A stretch of DNA of 60,083 bases, filler included, from Nitrospinae bacterium RIFCSPLOWO2_12_FULL_45_22 (GTDB taxonomy: Bacteria; 2-12-FULL-45-22), in assembly GCA_001803565.1 (NCBI GenBank). It is 2 parts of 2 records of this genome, joined end to end, with 100 filler letters (N's around TTAATTAATTAA, not from the genome) between each part and the next. Parts side by side here need not be neighbours in the genome. Positions count along the whole stretch, not along the records: positions 28,435 to 60,083 come from MHDQ01000128.1; 1 more part is not named here. One strand, given 5' to 3'. Made by a program: the position numbers and the translations under genes. Positions 46,700 through 56,723 of the stretch are shown in pieces (position 1 is the first letter of the stretch; every line of letters begins with the position of its first letter). A model generated the notes under the pieces. It made no database searches. It saw only the letters and a program-made list of their open reading frames with translations, and had not been told where the DNA came from.

Positions 46700-47093
46700 A
46701 GTTACATCGTGGATTTGGATATGGAGGGAAGAGAAAAAATTATTAAGGGAGGTGCTAACCAACTCGTCCGCCTGCCAAATATTATTTCCCAAAAAGCGAG
46801 TGAAGCTGGAGAGGGATTTAGTGAAGGGTGTAAGGGCTTGTACCATGGATGAGGTATGGGCTTCTTTGCCCAATTGGATAAAATTGATGATAAAAGAGGA
46901 AAAGAGCTTGAAAGAGGGACTTGAAAAGAAACCACTGAACCAGGATAATATATCTTGGATATCTTGTTTGGCATTTTTGAATCTCACAGGCTGTCCTCCT
47001 TTCTGGCTATAAGATTATAAATTGGTTTTTTATTTAGCCAATTATAGGATGACAGCCTCTTTTTTTATCCTCTAAAAAAGTGCAAGAGTTTAG
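46700..47093 (-). mobile_element. Truncated IS (IS701/IS4-like) left end and transposase N-terminus
   Basis: ORF from 46987: FSGFFSSPSFKLFSSFI...SLSSFTRFL..NIW resembles IS701-type transposase N-termini; no DDE domain. IR aggctgtcctcct / aggatgacagcct overlaps the RBS; end-like CTAAACTCTTGCACTTT at 47093. Confidence 0.55.
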
Positions 47094-47223
47094 TATAATA
47101 ATTTTTCCCATATTGGGTAATTTGTTTCCCAAGTTTTCTCTACCTTTTATGTTTTTCCTAGAACTATCTCCCACAAAATACCCCTTTTTTAGGCTATTTT
47201 AAGATAAATTATGGTCATATCAA

Positions 47224-47257
47224 TAATGGCACAGACCTTAATGGCACAGACCTTGCA
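47224..47257 (+). promoter_or_regulatory. Sigma54 promoter with tandemly duplicated -24 element
   Basis: 15-bp tandem taatggcacagacct x2; the second copy forms TGGCACAGACCTTGCA (GG-N10-GC). Palindrome ttcccatattgggtaa at 47105-47120. Confidence 0.7.
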
Positions 47258-47267
47258 TATAAGAAAT

Positions 47268-47565
47268 ATGGTTCGAGCAAATCTCGTAGCAAGGCAGGAA
47301 GCGCTAAATCCTGTGTGCCTATCTAACGGAGTGGGGGCGGAGCTCTATCTCAATCTGAGCTTCGGTATTGGCAGATACTTCTATAACCATACCAGGCGGG
47401 TATACATTGGCTCCTACGCAAGTCTTTTCTATGGTCTTGCCCACCGTCGGTCTGCAGACAGGCACATACATCGCTTTTGCTGTCTTTGCTGAGCCGGGCT
47501 CTGTACAATCGGGTAATCCCCGAATAATTGACAAGATAAGCTTTTTCAGCTTTATTATTGAATAA
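47268..47565 (+). pseudogene. Probable gene remnant
   Basis: Two overlapping short frames; the last (TSITIPGGYTLAP...GTYIAFAVFAEPG...SFIIE*) looks like a beta-rich C-terminal domain without a start. Confidence 0.35.
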
Positions 47566-47602
47566 AAATTTTGGGGTATCTGCTTTATGATATGGGAGAA
47601 TC

Positions 47603-48805
47603 ATGAAAGTTGCCTATTTTTTGGATGTCTTTCCGAAGCTTTCTGAGACCTTTATCCTTAATGAGATAATTGAGTTGAAGAAGCTTGGCCTGGATATAAT
47701 TATTTTCTCTCTGGCAAGACCAGATGAAGAGGTCATGCACCAAGAAGCGGCCCAATTACTGAAGGATACCCACTATCCCGATAATATAACTCTAAGTGAA
47801 AGAGTCTATGCCCATTTAAATCTCCTCATCCACAATCCTCTTAGATACTTAAAGGCCTTTTGGTTTGCCTATAGCAGAGATGCAGCCGCTTTTTCCAAAT
47901 TTAAGAGAGCAGCTCATTATGCTTTAGAGCTAAAGAAAGTCGGGGTAGAGCATATTCATGCACATTTTGCTGCTGCTGCCTCAGAATATGCTATGTTGAT
48001 CTCTATGATATCTGGTATTCCTTATAGTTTTACCGTCCATGCCTATGATCTATTTATTAAGCCACGGTTGATAAGAGAGAAGGCTCACTTTTCAGAGTTT
48101 GTAGTCTCAAAAACCGACTTCAATAGAAGATTTATAAGAGAAAGATACGCTGGTGTTGATGAATCAAAGCTACATTTAGTGCATTTGGGAATAAATACGG
48201 AGAAATTTGCACTAGCCGGATCATGTAGAGATAAAGAGACCCCTTTTACTATCCTGTCGGTTGCTAGATTAATCGAAAAAAAGGGACTTAGATACTTATT
48301 TGAGGCCTGTAGTATCCTTGATAAGCAAGGCTTATCTAATTTTATCTGCAAGATAATCGGGGATGGCCCCCTCAAAAACGATCTTGAGGATTTGGCCTGG
48401 GGTCTTGGTTTGAAGCACAGGGTAGAATTTTTAGGGTCCCTTACTATTGACGAAGTAATTTTTAAGCTCGGTGGGGCAGATGTTTTTGTCCTTCCTTGTG
48501 TAGTTGCCAAGGATGGAGATATAGATGGAATGCCCAATGTCTTATTAGAGGCCATGGCCTTAGAAAGGCCTGTAATATCAACCTATGTCTCCGGAATTCC
48601 TGAATTGATAAGGGATGGGGCAGGGATATTAGTCCCCCCAGAGGACCCTGAAACCCTGGCCCAGGCCATAAATAAGATTTACTTAATGACTCCAGAAAGT
48701 AAAAAGGAAATGGGTCAAAAAGGACGGGAGATAATAGAAAGGGAGTTTAACATTGTTCAAGAGACAAAGAAGCTCCAAAATTTGTTTTTAGCCACCATAA
48801 AGTAA
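47603..48805 (+). CDS. Glycosyltransferase family 4 (WcaL-like)
   Basis: FPKLSETFILNEI, HIHAHFA, SVARLIEKKG, DGMPNVLLEAMA. Confidence 0.92.
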   Translation: MKVAYFLDVFPKLSETFILNEIIELKKLGLDIIIFSLARPDEEVMHQEAAQLLKDTHYPDNITLSERVYAHLNLLIHNPLRYLKAFWFAYSRDAAAFSKFKRAAHYALELKKVGVEHIHAHFAAAASEYAMLISMISGIPYSFTVHAYDLFIKPRLIREKAHFSEFVVSKTDFNRRFIRERYAGVDESKLHLVHLGINTEKFALAGSCRDKETPFTILSVARLIEKKGLRYLFEACSILDKQGLSNFICKIIGDGPLKNDLEDLAWGLGLKHRVEFLGSLTIDEVIFKLGGADVFVLPCVVAKDGDIDGMPNVLLEAMALERPVISTYVSGIPELIRDGAGILVPPEDPETLAQAINKIYLMTPESKKEMGQKGREIIEREFNIVQETKKLQNLFLATIK

Positions 48806-48838
48806 TAGAATGCTCCCACTGCACGTCCTGATCGCCTT

Positions 48839-50848
48839 ATGGTTATTGATATACTAGCAGAAATTATAAATACATGTGAGTCCAACGAAACCGAAGACCT
48901 CTTTGTTTCAACTTCCTTTAATAGGAGAATACTTAAGAGAAGCTACAATAATGGTTATCTCCTGATTATCCAGGATCGTTTCATAGGAAAGGGGTACGTT
49001 CTTTTCTATTTCTCATTCTTTTTCAATAACAATATAGACCATAAGCTCCAATTTGTTATAAAGGGGGAGGAGGTTAATCAAGAGAGCATTTTGGATAAGA
49101 CCTGGCTTCATATCCAAAAAGATAAAAAATTCTTTCTAATTCCCAGCTTACCCATAGTCCGACACTGGAACAATAAAAAGCAGATAATTGATGAAAAAAC
49201 AGATTACTATACGAGATTTGAGAATCAACGTGTTATCTTTGATGTTCAACTCTTTTCCGATGAAAGTTTTGAGCTTATCGTATTAGATGTTCCTAATCAG
49301 GGGTTTTTAAGTCTTCAAAGCATATATAAGAATAGTATGAAGAAATATACCTTAACCGGACCCTGGGTGGTTGTTTCGCCCCTGCTGGATTGCTGGAGGG
49401 TCATGGTAGATGGCCGAATTTACGAATATAGAGAAGGGCCCTCTCGAGAAGCCTCGGCCCGATTCAGCTCCCAACAAGCAGCCCTATTTCTTTATAAGCT
49501 CATTGCTATTCAAGATGATTGCCCAAGGGATCTGGTCGAAATTATTAAGGACGAAATCGCTTATTCGGTCATGCTGGATTTAGGAGCCGATGGGCGCTGG
49601 GTGCATGGATGCTGGACAGATCAGATGGAGACCCATGCCCGCTTCCAGGTTGATGGAATCCATCTTCTCCTGGATCATTTTAATGAAACTAAAGAAGATA
49701 TCTTTTTAGAAAAAGCCTTGCTTGCTATGAAATACCTTATATCCATTGCCGATACTTTAAATAACGGATCTTTATGGTTTATCCATGATACCTTAGAACT
49801 AAATCAACCCTATATTTACCCCTTAATGAAATCCAGGGCCTTTGGAAAATCCCTCACCAATACCCTTTGTCTGAATACCCATTTAAGCACCCTGTGTGCC
49901 CTGATCAGGATTTATAAACAAATACGGATCCAAGAGCTGAAGACATCTATGGAAAAGGGATTAGAAGCGGCTGAAATGGTCATGCGAGCAGAACCGGCTA
50001 CCATATTATATCAGATACTCTATTATCTTATTGATCTTTCCTTCGCTGGCTCTTATTCTACGGATATAAAATCCCCATGGCTCGCCCGGCTTTCGAAAAT
50101 ATTAGTCAGAGATAATTTAGAGCTAGTTCTCCCTTATCTGAAGAAGGCCTTTCCCAGGTTTATCATGCCTAATGGTTTTACTACCAGACATCTGGCTATC
50201 ACTCATGAGGCCTATCATTACCATATAATCAATTTATATGATATGTTAGTCCTTTATCAATTACTCTATCTCCATAAATATAGAGATCTGAGATGGTTAT
50301 GGCATCGGATAGAGAAAGGGGTAAACTATTGCTTAAACGGAAATCTTATAAAATACTTGATACGGAATAGAGACAAATTCATACCCCAGCTTGTGGAGGT
50401 GCTCATAATATATTCAGCATTTAATAGTAGTTTTGATAAAAAGATCCTGGTGGATCTAATATTGATGCTGGCTGATTACGGGTATAAGCTTACCAGTGGC
50501 AGCTATGGGTTCGACAATTTGATAACCCCTGAGGCATATCAGGTTTCAGAAACCAAAATAAGTGTGTCGAGTCCCTCCATAGAGGTAATTAATACTTCGC
50601 TCAGGGCTGACAAAAAAAGGGAGTTGCTAATTATAAATACCGGCTCGAAAAACGAGCAAATAGAGATTGCTTCAGGTAATGGTAATCCTATGGAAGCAGA
50701 AATAGAGCTATTCTCATCCAAAAAAGAAAAAATTCCATATTCGCTAGATCATACGATTCTTCCAAGGGATTATATGGCTATCATAATTCATCCCCACCCC
50801 AACCCTTCCCCCTTCGTGGGTGGGGGGTATTTTCAGGAGCAAACCTAA
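48839..50848 (+). CDS. Hypothetical protein, possible (alpha/alpha)-toroid carbohydrate-modifying enzyme
   Basis: 669-aa ORF co-oriented in the cluster; helical C-terminal half with LNTH and YHYHIINL motifs. Confidence 0.6.
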   Translation: MVIDILAEIINTCESNETEDLFVSTSFNRRILKRSYNNGYLLIIQDRFIGKGYVLFYFSFFFNNNIDHKLQFVIKGEEVNQESILDKTWLHIQKDKKFFLIPSLPIVRHWNNKKQIIDEKTDYYTRFENQRVIFDVQLFSDESFELIVLDVPNQGFLSLQSIYKNSMKKYTLTGPWVVVSPLLDCWRVMVDGRIYEYREGPSREASARFSSQQAALFLYKLIAIQDDCPRDLVEIIKDEIAYSVMLDLGADGRWVHGCWTDQMETHARFQVDGIHLLLDHFNETKEDIFLEKALLAMKYLISIADTLNNGSLWFIHDTLELNQPYIYPLMKSRAFGKSLTNTLCLNTHLSTLCALIRIYKQIRIQELKTSMEKGLEAAEMVMRAEPATILYQILYYLIDLSFAGSYSTDIKSPWLARLSKILVRDNLELVLPYLKKAFPRFIMPNGFTTRHLAITHEAYHYHIINLYDMLVLYQLLYLHKYRDLRWLWHRIEKGVNYCLNGNLIKYLIRNRDKFIPQLVEVLIIYSAFNSSFDKKILVDLILMLADYGYKLTSGSYGFDNLITPEAYQVSETKISVSSPSIEVINTSLRADKKRELLIINTGSKNEQIEIASGNGNPMEAEIELFSSKKEKIPYSLDHTILPRDYMAIIIHPHPNPSPFVGGGYFQEQT

Positions 50849-50906
50849 GGGGTTTGCCTAATAATTAGGTCTTGATTCAGATTTAACAGAGCTGGGTAAG
50901 GAAACC

Positions 50907-52439
50907 ATGGATTTAATTGCCAAGGCTAAAGCTGGTACTCTTTGGATGGCCCTGCAAGAAGTAAGCTTCAGGGTGTTATCCTTTGGAACCAATATTATAT
51001 TGGCAAGATTGCTATTTCCCAGGGATTTTGGCGTAGTTGCCCTTGCCTTGGTCGCATGGGAAATTATCAGGTTACTTGGGAATCTTGGAATTGGGGCTAA
51101 ACTCATCCACCAGCAGGACGACATAGAAGGATACGCTACCGCCGCCTTCTGGTTAAACATAACCCTGGCAATAATTTTAGCAGTCCTAACTGCCATAATA
51201 GCCCCATATATAGCTTTATTTTATAGCAATGATCTAATCCATCACATCTTATTGCTCTACTCAGCAGTTTATATAATACAGTCTTTGGGCAGTACCCACT
51301 TGGCTTTATTAAACAAAGCCCTCGCTTTTAAGAAGATTGCTCTTGTGGAATTATTAATCACCTTTCTCAGCAAGTCTATTGCTATAACGATGGCAATTAC
51401 AGGATATGGGGTATGGAGTTTAGTTATCCCCGAAGTCATCTTGTCCCCGCTGAAAGTATTGGGTCTTTGGATTATAAATCCCTGGAGACCTTCTTTGGCA
51501 TTAAATATTTCATATTGGAGAGATATATTCGTATTCGGGTTCAATTTTCTGGGGGCTGATCTGGTGCGCTATCTGAATATAAATGGCGATTATATGATTA
51601 TAGGTAAACTCCTTGGTGAGCACAGCCTGGGCCTGTATACTTTTGCCTATAATTTAGCCAATCTACCCTTTCAAGCCATAACCGCGGTTGCGGCAAAGGT
51701 AGCTTTCCCTATCCTTTCCGGGCTCCAGGATAACCTGGAGAGGTTCAGAGAGGTGTTTCTGAAAATGACTAAAGTTGTATCCCTGGTATCCTTCCCCCTG
51801 TTAATAGAGCTTTTCATATTTTCAGACCTGTTTGTTCCTCTAATTTATGGTAATAAATGGGAGGCTTCTATTCTTCCGTTAAAGATAATAATTGGTTTTG
51901 TATTATTCAGGACCTTTGCCTCTCCGGGGGGGCAGATCCTATTTGCTATGGGAAGACCAGATATTTTATTTAAATTTAACTTGGGGCAGGTACCGTTCCT
52001 CTTGACAGCCGTATTTATTGGTGCCAGATATGGCATCGTTGGTGCAGCAATAGGCATGAGCGGAGTACTCATGGTGGGCACTTTGGTCCTATTATATATC
52101 TCCTTACGTCCCATAGGCTTATCTCTCCGGACGCCCTTTCAAGCAATTTTCCCTGCTGCAGCATCATCTGGTCTGACAGCGCTCTCACTTGGGTTATTAA
52201 AAGGAATTTTTTTAACTGCTGGACTTCAGAATTATCTCATCCTGATTTCTCTTATGCCTCTCGGATTTGTAATCTATCTAATAGCCTTATCACTGTTTTT
52301 CAGGGATGATTTCAAATTTTTGCGGAATCTGTTCTGGGAAGAGTTGATCGGTCGAGCCATAACAACTTTCAGGAGCCCGGACTTTGCTTCATTTCCCGTG
52401 GGCTCTGCTTTGTTACTAAGGAAAACAAAGAAATTATGA
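50907..52439 (+). CDS. wzx: Oligosaccharide flippase (Wzx/MOP family)
   Basis: ILARLLFPRDFG, DYMIIGKLLG..SLGLYT.AY; 12-14 TM. Confidence 0.9.
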   Translation: MDLIAKAKAGTLWMALQEVSFRVLSFGTNIILARLLFPRDFGVVALALVAWEIIRLLGNLGIGAKLIHQQDDIEGYATAAFWLNITLAIILAVLTAIIAPYIALFYSNDLIHHILLLYSAVYIIQSLGSTHLALLNKALAFKKIALVELLITFLSKSIAITMAITGYGVWSLVIPEVILSPLKVLGLWIINPWRPSLALNISYWRDIFVFGFNFLGADLVRYLNINGDYMIIGKLLGEHSLGLYTFAYNLANLPFQAITAVAAKVAFPILSGLQDNLERFREVFLKMTKVVSLVSFPLLIELFIFSDLFVPLIYGNKWEASILPLKIIIGFVLFRTFASPGGQILFAMGRPDILFKFNLGQVPFLLTAVFIGARYGIVGAAIGMSGVLMVGTLVLLYISLRPIGLSLRTPFQAIFPAAASSGLTALSLGLLKGIFLTAGLQNYLILISLMPLGFVIYLIALSLFFRDDFKFLRNLFWEELIGRAITTFRSPDFASFPVGSALLLRKTKKL

Positions 52440-54343
52440 TGAAAACCCTATCACTAGACAGATTAAAATATAATCAATATCTCTGGCTCCTGATGATAAT
52501 CACCATAGGATTTCTGATGCGCTTATGGCTTTTAGACAAGCGGTGGATCAATCCCGATGAGGGGGCGCACCTCATGGATGGAAGGTTGGTATTAGATGGT
52601 TTTGTCCCCGGGGTCGATTACGATTCACGTCAGGTGATATATGTATACATTATTGCCTTATTTCTCAAGATATTCGGCGCCAGTTATCTAAATGCCCGAT
52701 TTCTTCCCCTGGTCTCAATTATGCTAGTCAGTTTATTTATTTTCTTAATTTCCAAAAAGTTGTTTAATGAAAAGATCGCGTTACTGGCATCTGCTATCTA
52801 TACCTTCCTACCCCTTTCCATTATCTGGTCAGTGGTGGTAAAGACAGAACCGATGACAACTTTGTTGAGCTGTATGGGTATCTATTTTGCCATCTGTGGT
52901 GTGAAGAATGAAAAAGGGGCCCGGTTTTTATTTCTCGCCGGTATCAGCCTTTCCCTTGCCTACTATATAAGACAATCGAGTTTAGCGATTCCGATGGCTA
53001 TTTTCCTCTTCTTTCTATTTTTTTATCAATGGAGTCTAAAAAAAGTCTTCAGAAGCTATGCTATTATGTTAGGCGGTTATATTTTGGTATGCCTCTTGGT
53101 GTCTACCTACTATAGCCAGTTTTTGAGTCTAACTCAGATTTGGCACAGCTCCCTGAATCCATCGAATATTTTCTTTGAGCAGATCCAAAATGTTTTTAAT
53201 CCCCAAATAGCCCAAGGGTCAGCGGAGATAGATAATTTCAGGTTGGCTGATCAGCCATGGAAAGTAACCATTGCGACCTTACGTTGGACCCTGAAATTAA
53301 ACTCTTTCTTAATCATTGGTCTCCTTTTTTCATTTGGTATATTAGTTTTTTCCTGGTTAACGCGAAAAAATAATGGAGAAGACTTTGATAATATTTCTCC
53401 CCCCCTGGTCCTTTTATATTCATGGTTATTCAGCTTATCTATGGGTTATTCCTATTGGATACTCCATAGAGGTTTTTTTACCCAATATTTTGGTGAGTTC
53501 CTTCCGCCTCTGACCATTATCCTGGCCTTTGTGATCTTCCATTCCTTATCAAAATTGAAGATAGAAAATAACCTAGGAAGAAATACAATTACTCTAGCAC
53601 TATTTTTGGGAATAATTTTTACCCTTCATCAGAAAATTCCTTATCTTCCATCTAGTTTATATCCCTTAATAACCATATCGGTTTTAGCAATTCTATGCTT
53701 TTTCCAAAGCCTAAATATTCAAAAGAAATCGTTCATGCTTATGGCATGTATCGGTATTCTTGCTGTCTCGTTAATTCGTTTAGAGCTAGGTTCTTTCATC
53801 CCTTACATTGCACGTGCCTTATCCTATTCCATTCTAGTTATTCTTTTGTATTCAACAATATTTATTATCTCAGGCTTGAAAATAAGAAATGCGAAATGGC
53901 CTAGCTTTATAACGGTTTCTTTTATCATTTCAGCCTTTGCCTTTTCCTTTGCCCTATCCGGAGGGAGCATGGGTGTTGCTTTCGATTGTAATTGGTCTCC
54001 AGCGACAGTTAGGAGGGTTTCAAACTATATAAAGATGAATGCCAGAGATAATGATCAGGTAATGTCTGGTGCCCTTATCTGGGAGTTTGAATCTGATCGA
54101 AGACCCTTCATGTATCAGACGCACCCGCTGGCCTATAGACCTGGTATATCTAAAGAAGAATTGAAGAAAATGGAAGAGTATTTATCCGAATACCCACCAA
54201 GATTTATTGTACTCGATGGCTATACCGAACAAACCTACTTGAGGCATGTTGAGAAACTTCAATCCATCATAGATAAAAAATACGAATTAAAAAAAGTCTT
54301 TAACGGTTCCCAAGGTCCCGTAAGAATTTATAAACAATTATAG
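52436..54343 (+). CDS. GT-C (ArnT/PMT-like, GT83/GT39) membrane glycosyltransferase
   Basis: TM then NPDEGAH (DE motif); LFIFLISKKLF...ALLAS; many TM helices. Confidence 0.78.
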   Translation: MMKTLSLDRLKYNQYLWLLMIITIGFLMRLWLLDKRWINPDEGAHLMDGRLVLDGFVPGVDYDSRQVIYVYIIALFLKIFGASYLNARFLPLVSIMLVSLFIFLISKKLFNEKIALLASAIYTFLPLSIIWSVVVKTEPMTTLLSCMGIYFAICGVKNEKGARFLFLAGISLSLAYYIRQSSLAIPMAIFLFFLFFYQWSLKKVFRSYAIMLGGYILVCLLVSTYYSQFLSLTQIWHSSLNPSNIFFEQIQNVFNPQIAQGSAEIDNFRLADQPWKVTIATLRWTLKLNSFLIIGLLFSFGILVFSWLTRKNNGEDFDNISPPLVLLYSWLFSLSMGYSYWILHRGFFTQYFGEFLPPLTIILAFVIFHSLSKLKIENNLGRNTITLALFLGIIFTLHQKIPYLPSSLYPLITISVLAILCFFQSLNIQKKSFMLMACIGILAVSLIRLELGSFIPYIARALSYSILVILLYSTIFIISGLKIRNAKWPSFITVSFIISAFAFSFALSGGSMGVAFDCNWSPATVRRVSNYIKMNARDNDQVMSGALIWEFESDRRPFMYQTHPLAYRPGISKEELKKMEEYLSEYPPRFIVLDGYTEQTYLRHVEKLQSIIDKKYELKKVFNGSQGPVRIYKQL

Positions 54344-54365
54344 TGCACCTGCTAAATCAAGGAAG

Positions 54366-55283
54366 ATGGAAAAAGACAATCACCCAATGGTAAGCATTAT
54401 AGTGCCGGTTTTTAATGGAGAAAATGCCATAGAGGAATGCATCCAGTCCCTGCTGGATCAGGATTATCCCAGAGATAAATATGAAATTATTATTGTCGAT
54501 AATAACTCCAAAGATGGGACCGGGGAAATAATAAAAAGGTATCCCGTGCTGTATCTTTTAGAAGACGAGATCCAAAGCTCCTATGCTGCCCGGAATAAAG
54601 GAATTGGATATGCCCAAGGAGAAATTTTTGCCTTTACCGATTCAGATTGTGTTGCTTCAAAAAATTGGCTCAAAGAGGCAATGCTCCTATTTAAGGAAGA
54701 TCTGGTAGGGTGTGTGACAGGCGAGGTTTATGCCTATAAACCGTTAACAGCGGTGGAAAAGCATCTCGAGAGATCAAAGGAGCTTTCTAATAAAGATAAG
54801 ATGTTTAATGGAAAAATGGATTGTGTACCTACATGTAACGCCATTTATCGAAGGAGTATTTTTGAGAAAATAGGCTTGTTTGATAGTACCATGAAGTCTG
54901 GGGGAGATGTGGATTTGGCTTGGAGAATGCACCAAAAAACCAACTACCAAATAGAGTTCTGTCCTGGAGCTGTTGTTTATCATAAACACAGGGCAGATTT
55001 GAGATCTTTATGGCGCCAAAAGGTGCTTTATGGGTATGCCCATGTTGTACTTTATAAAAAATATAGGGATAATTTGGGGAACCATTCCTTCAAAGATACG
55101 TGCCGGCATTTGAAAGTCCTGCTAGGGGCATTAAAGGCTATTCCAAAGCATTGGTTAAAATACCTGGCAGGAAATTCCAATACAGACGATTTAATAGATG
55201 CCCATCTCAATTTTCTGAAAAGCTTAGCGTACGAAGTGGGCAGGATAAAAGGATCAATTAAAGAAAGAGTCTGGTACCTATGA
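54366..55283 (+). CDS. Glycosyltransferase family 2
   Basis: VSIIVPVFN, VDNNSKD, ARNKG, FTDSD, GGDVDL. Confidence 0.92.
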   Translation: MEKDNHPMVSIIVPVFNGENAIEECIQSLLDQDYPRDKYEIIIVDNNSKDGTGEIIKRYPVLYLLEDEIQSSYAARNKGIGYAQGEIFAFTDSDCVASKNWLKEAMLLFKEDLVGCVTGEVYAYKPLTAVEKHLERSKELSNKDKMFNGKMDCVPTCNAIYRRSIFEKIGLFDSTMKSGGDVDLAWRMHQKTNYQIEFCPGAVVYHKHRADLRSLWRQKVLYGYAHVVLYKKYRDNLGNHSFKDTCRHLKVLLGALKAIPKHWLKYLAGNSNTDDLIDAHLNFLKSLAYEVGRIKGSIKERVWYL

Positions 55284-56722
55284 TAATTTCTCGATACCTC
55301 CCATTTATAAAGTCTTTAGATAAATATTCTACGGAAATAATTATAAAAATCATTTTATCAATTTCTTTATATATCGCTGCGACAGCCATCTTGAAAGAGT
55401 CCGAGATATTGGTGGTATTTCTGGTATCTGTTTGTTTTATTTTTTTAGTATTGAATATTCAAACATTTCCCATCTTATCGGCACTGGTATTTTTGGTTCC
55501 ATTCCAGCCTATTGACTCAGGATTTGGATCGATAAATATGTTCCTGGTCTATTTTTTATCAGGAGTTGTTATAACCAAAAAAATAATCAGAAAAGAGAAG
55601 CTAAAGGAAAAGACCGTAGCTGACTTACCTTTCCTATTTATACTGTTAGCTTATATTCTGTCTCTTGCCAATATCAATTCCGGATTAAAACCCCATTTAA
55701 TGTACCTCTTTGCGTTTATATCAAACATCCTCATCTTTTATCTGATAGTCTCTTCTGTGAAAACTGAAAAGGAACTTTATACCCTGGTATATATTATGGG
55801 ATTTTCCTCTATATTAGTCTTCTTATATTGCTATCTGCAGATGTTCGCTCTTGGCTCACATATTAATGTTTTGGGCTTTGAAGAACTCCGATTGAGGGAA
55901 GCAAGCCATCAACTATATGGACTTAACAGGGTGAGAGGCCCTTTTGCTGACGCTGAAATTATGTGTGAATATGCTGTCATCCAGAGTCTTATACAAATAT
56001 TTATGTTCTTTCACGAAAAAAAGACCCTCAAGAAATATTTTTGGATGACTCTATTAATACTCAATATAACGGTTTTAATTGCTACTTCTACCCGGGCCGG
56101 AATTATATGCGAAACCATTGGTCTTATCTACTTTGCCTTTATCTTTCGAAAAAGGTTCCATCTTAGAAAATTCCTTATGGTAGTACCCTTAATAATCTTA
56201 ATATTCTATTTGGGGAGTATTTTTTTGCACACCTACACCCGATCCGGTTATCTCTTTGAGAGACTTGGAAGTACTGAGATTAAGGCTGGCTCTGTTATAA
56301 AAAATCGAGGAAATTGGTTCCTGGTATTCCCCTATCTTAAGGAGCATCTTTTTATCGGCCATGGCCCTCGATATGACACGCCCTCCAATAATCTCAATTA
56401 TCCCCATAGCTTATATATATTCCTGGTTTATACCATGGGTCTCTTTGGACTAATTTCCTTTCTCTGGTTATTCTTGGAATTATTTAAATATTCCTGGAAG
56501 GGGCTTAAATTACCAAATTCAAATTTATTTCTGTGGGGTATGGTAGCTATTTTTCAGATTATCCTTGTAATCTTTTTAATAGACGAAATAAAAATAGAGT
56601 TTTTGAGGTGGCCTGACAGGAATTATCAGCATTTCATCTTCTTCCTCTTTGGGTTGTTAGTAGCTGCTGTTAATATGGTAAGGGCCGATCGAGCTAGAAT
56701 CATGACCGAAATGAATAAATAA
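55280..56722 (+). CDS. O-antigen ligase/Wzy polymerase family protein
   Basis: Multi-TM; RVRGPF, ATSTRAG, FIGHGP, YPHSLY. Confidence 0.8.
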   Translation: MIISRYLPFIKSLDKYSTEIIIKIILSISLYIAATAILKESEILVVFLVSVCFIFLVLNIQTFPILSALVFLVPFQPIDSGFGSINMFLVYFLSGVVITKKIIRKEKLKEKTVADLPFLFILLAYILSLANINSGLKPHLMYLFAFISNILIFYLIVSSVKTEKELYTLVYIMGFSSILVFLYCYLQMFALGSHINVLGFEELRLREASHQLYGLNRVRGPFADAEIMCEYAVIQSLIQIFMFFHEKKTLKKYFWMTLLILNITVLIATSTRAGIICETIGLIYFAFIFRKRFHLRKFLMVVPLIILIFYLGSIFLHTYTRSGYLFERLGSTEIKAGSVIKNRGNWFLVFPYLKEHLFIGHGPRYDTPSNNLNYPHSLYIFLVYTMGLFGLISFLWLFLELFKYSWKGLKLPNSNLFLWGMVAIFQIILVIFLIDEIKIEFLRWPDRNYQHFIFFLFGLLVAAVNMVRADRARIMTEMNK

Positions 56723-56723
56723 A

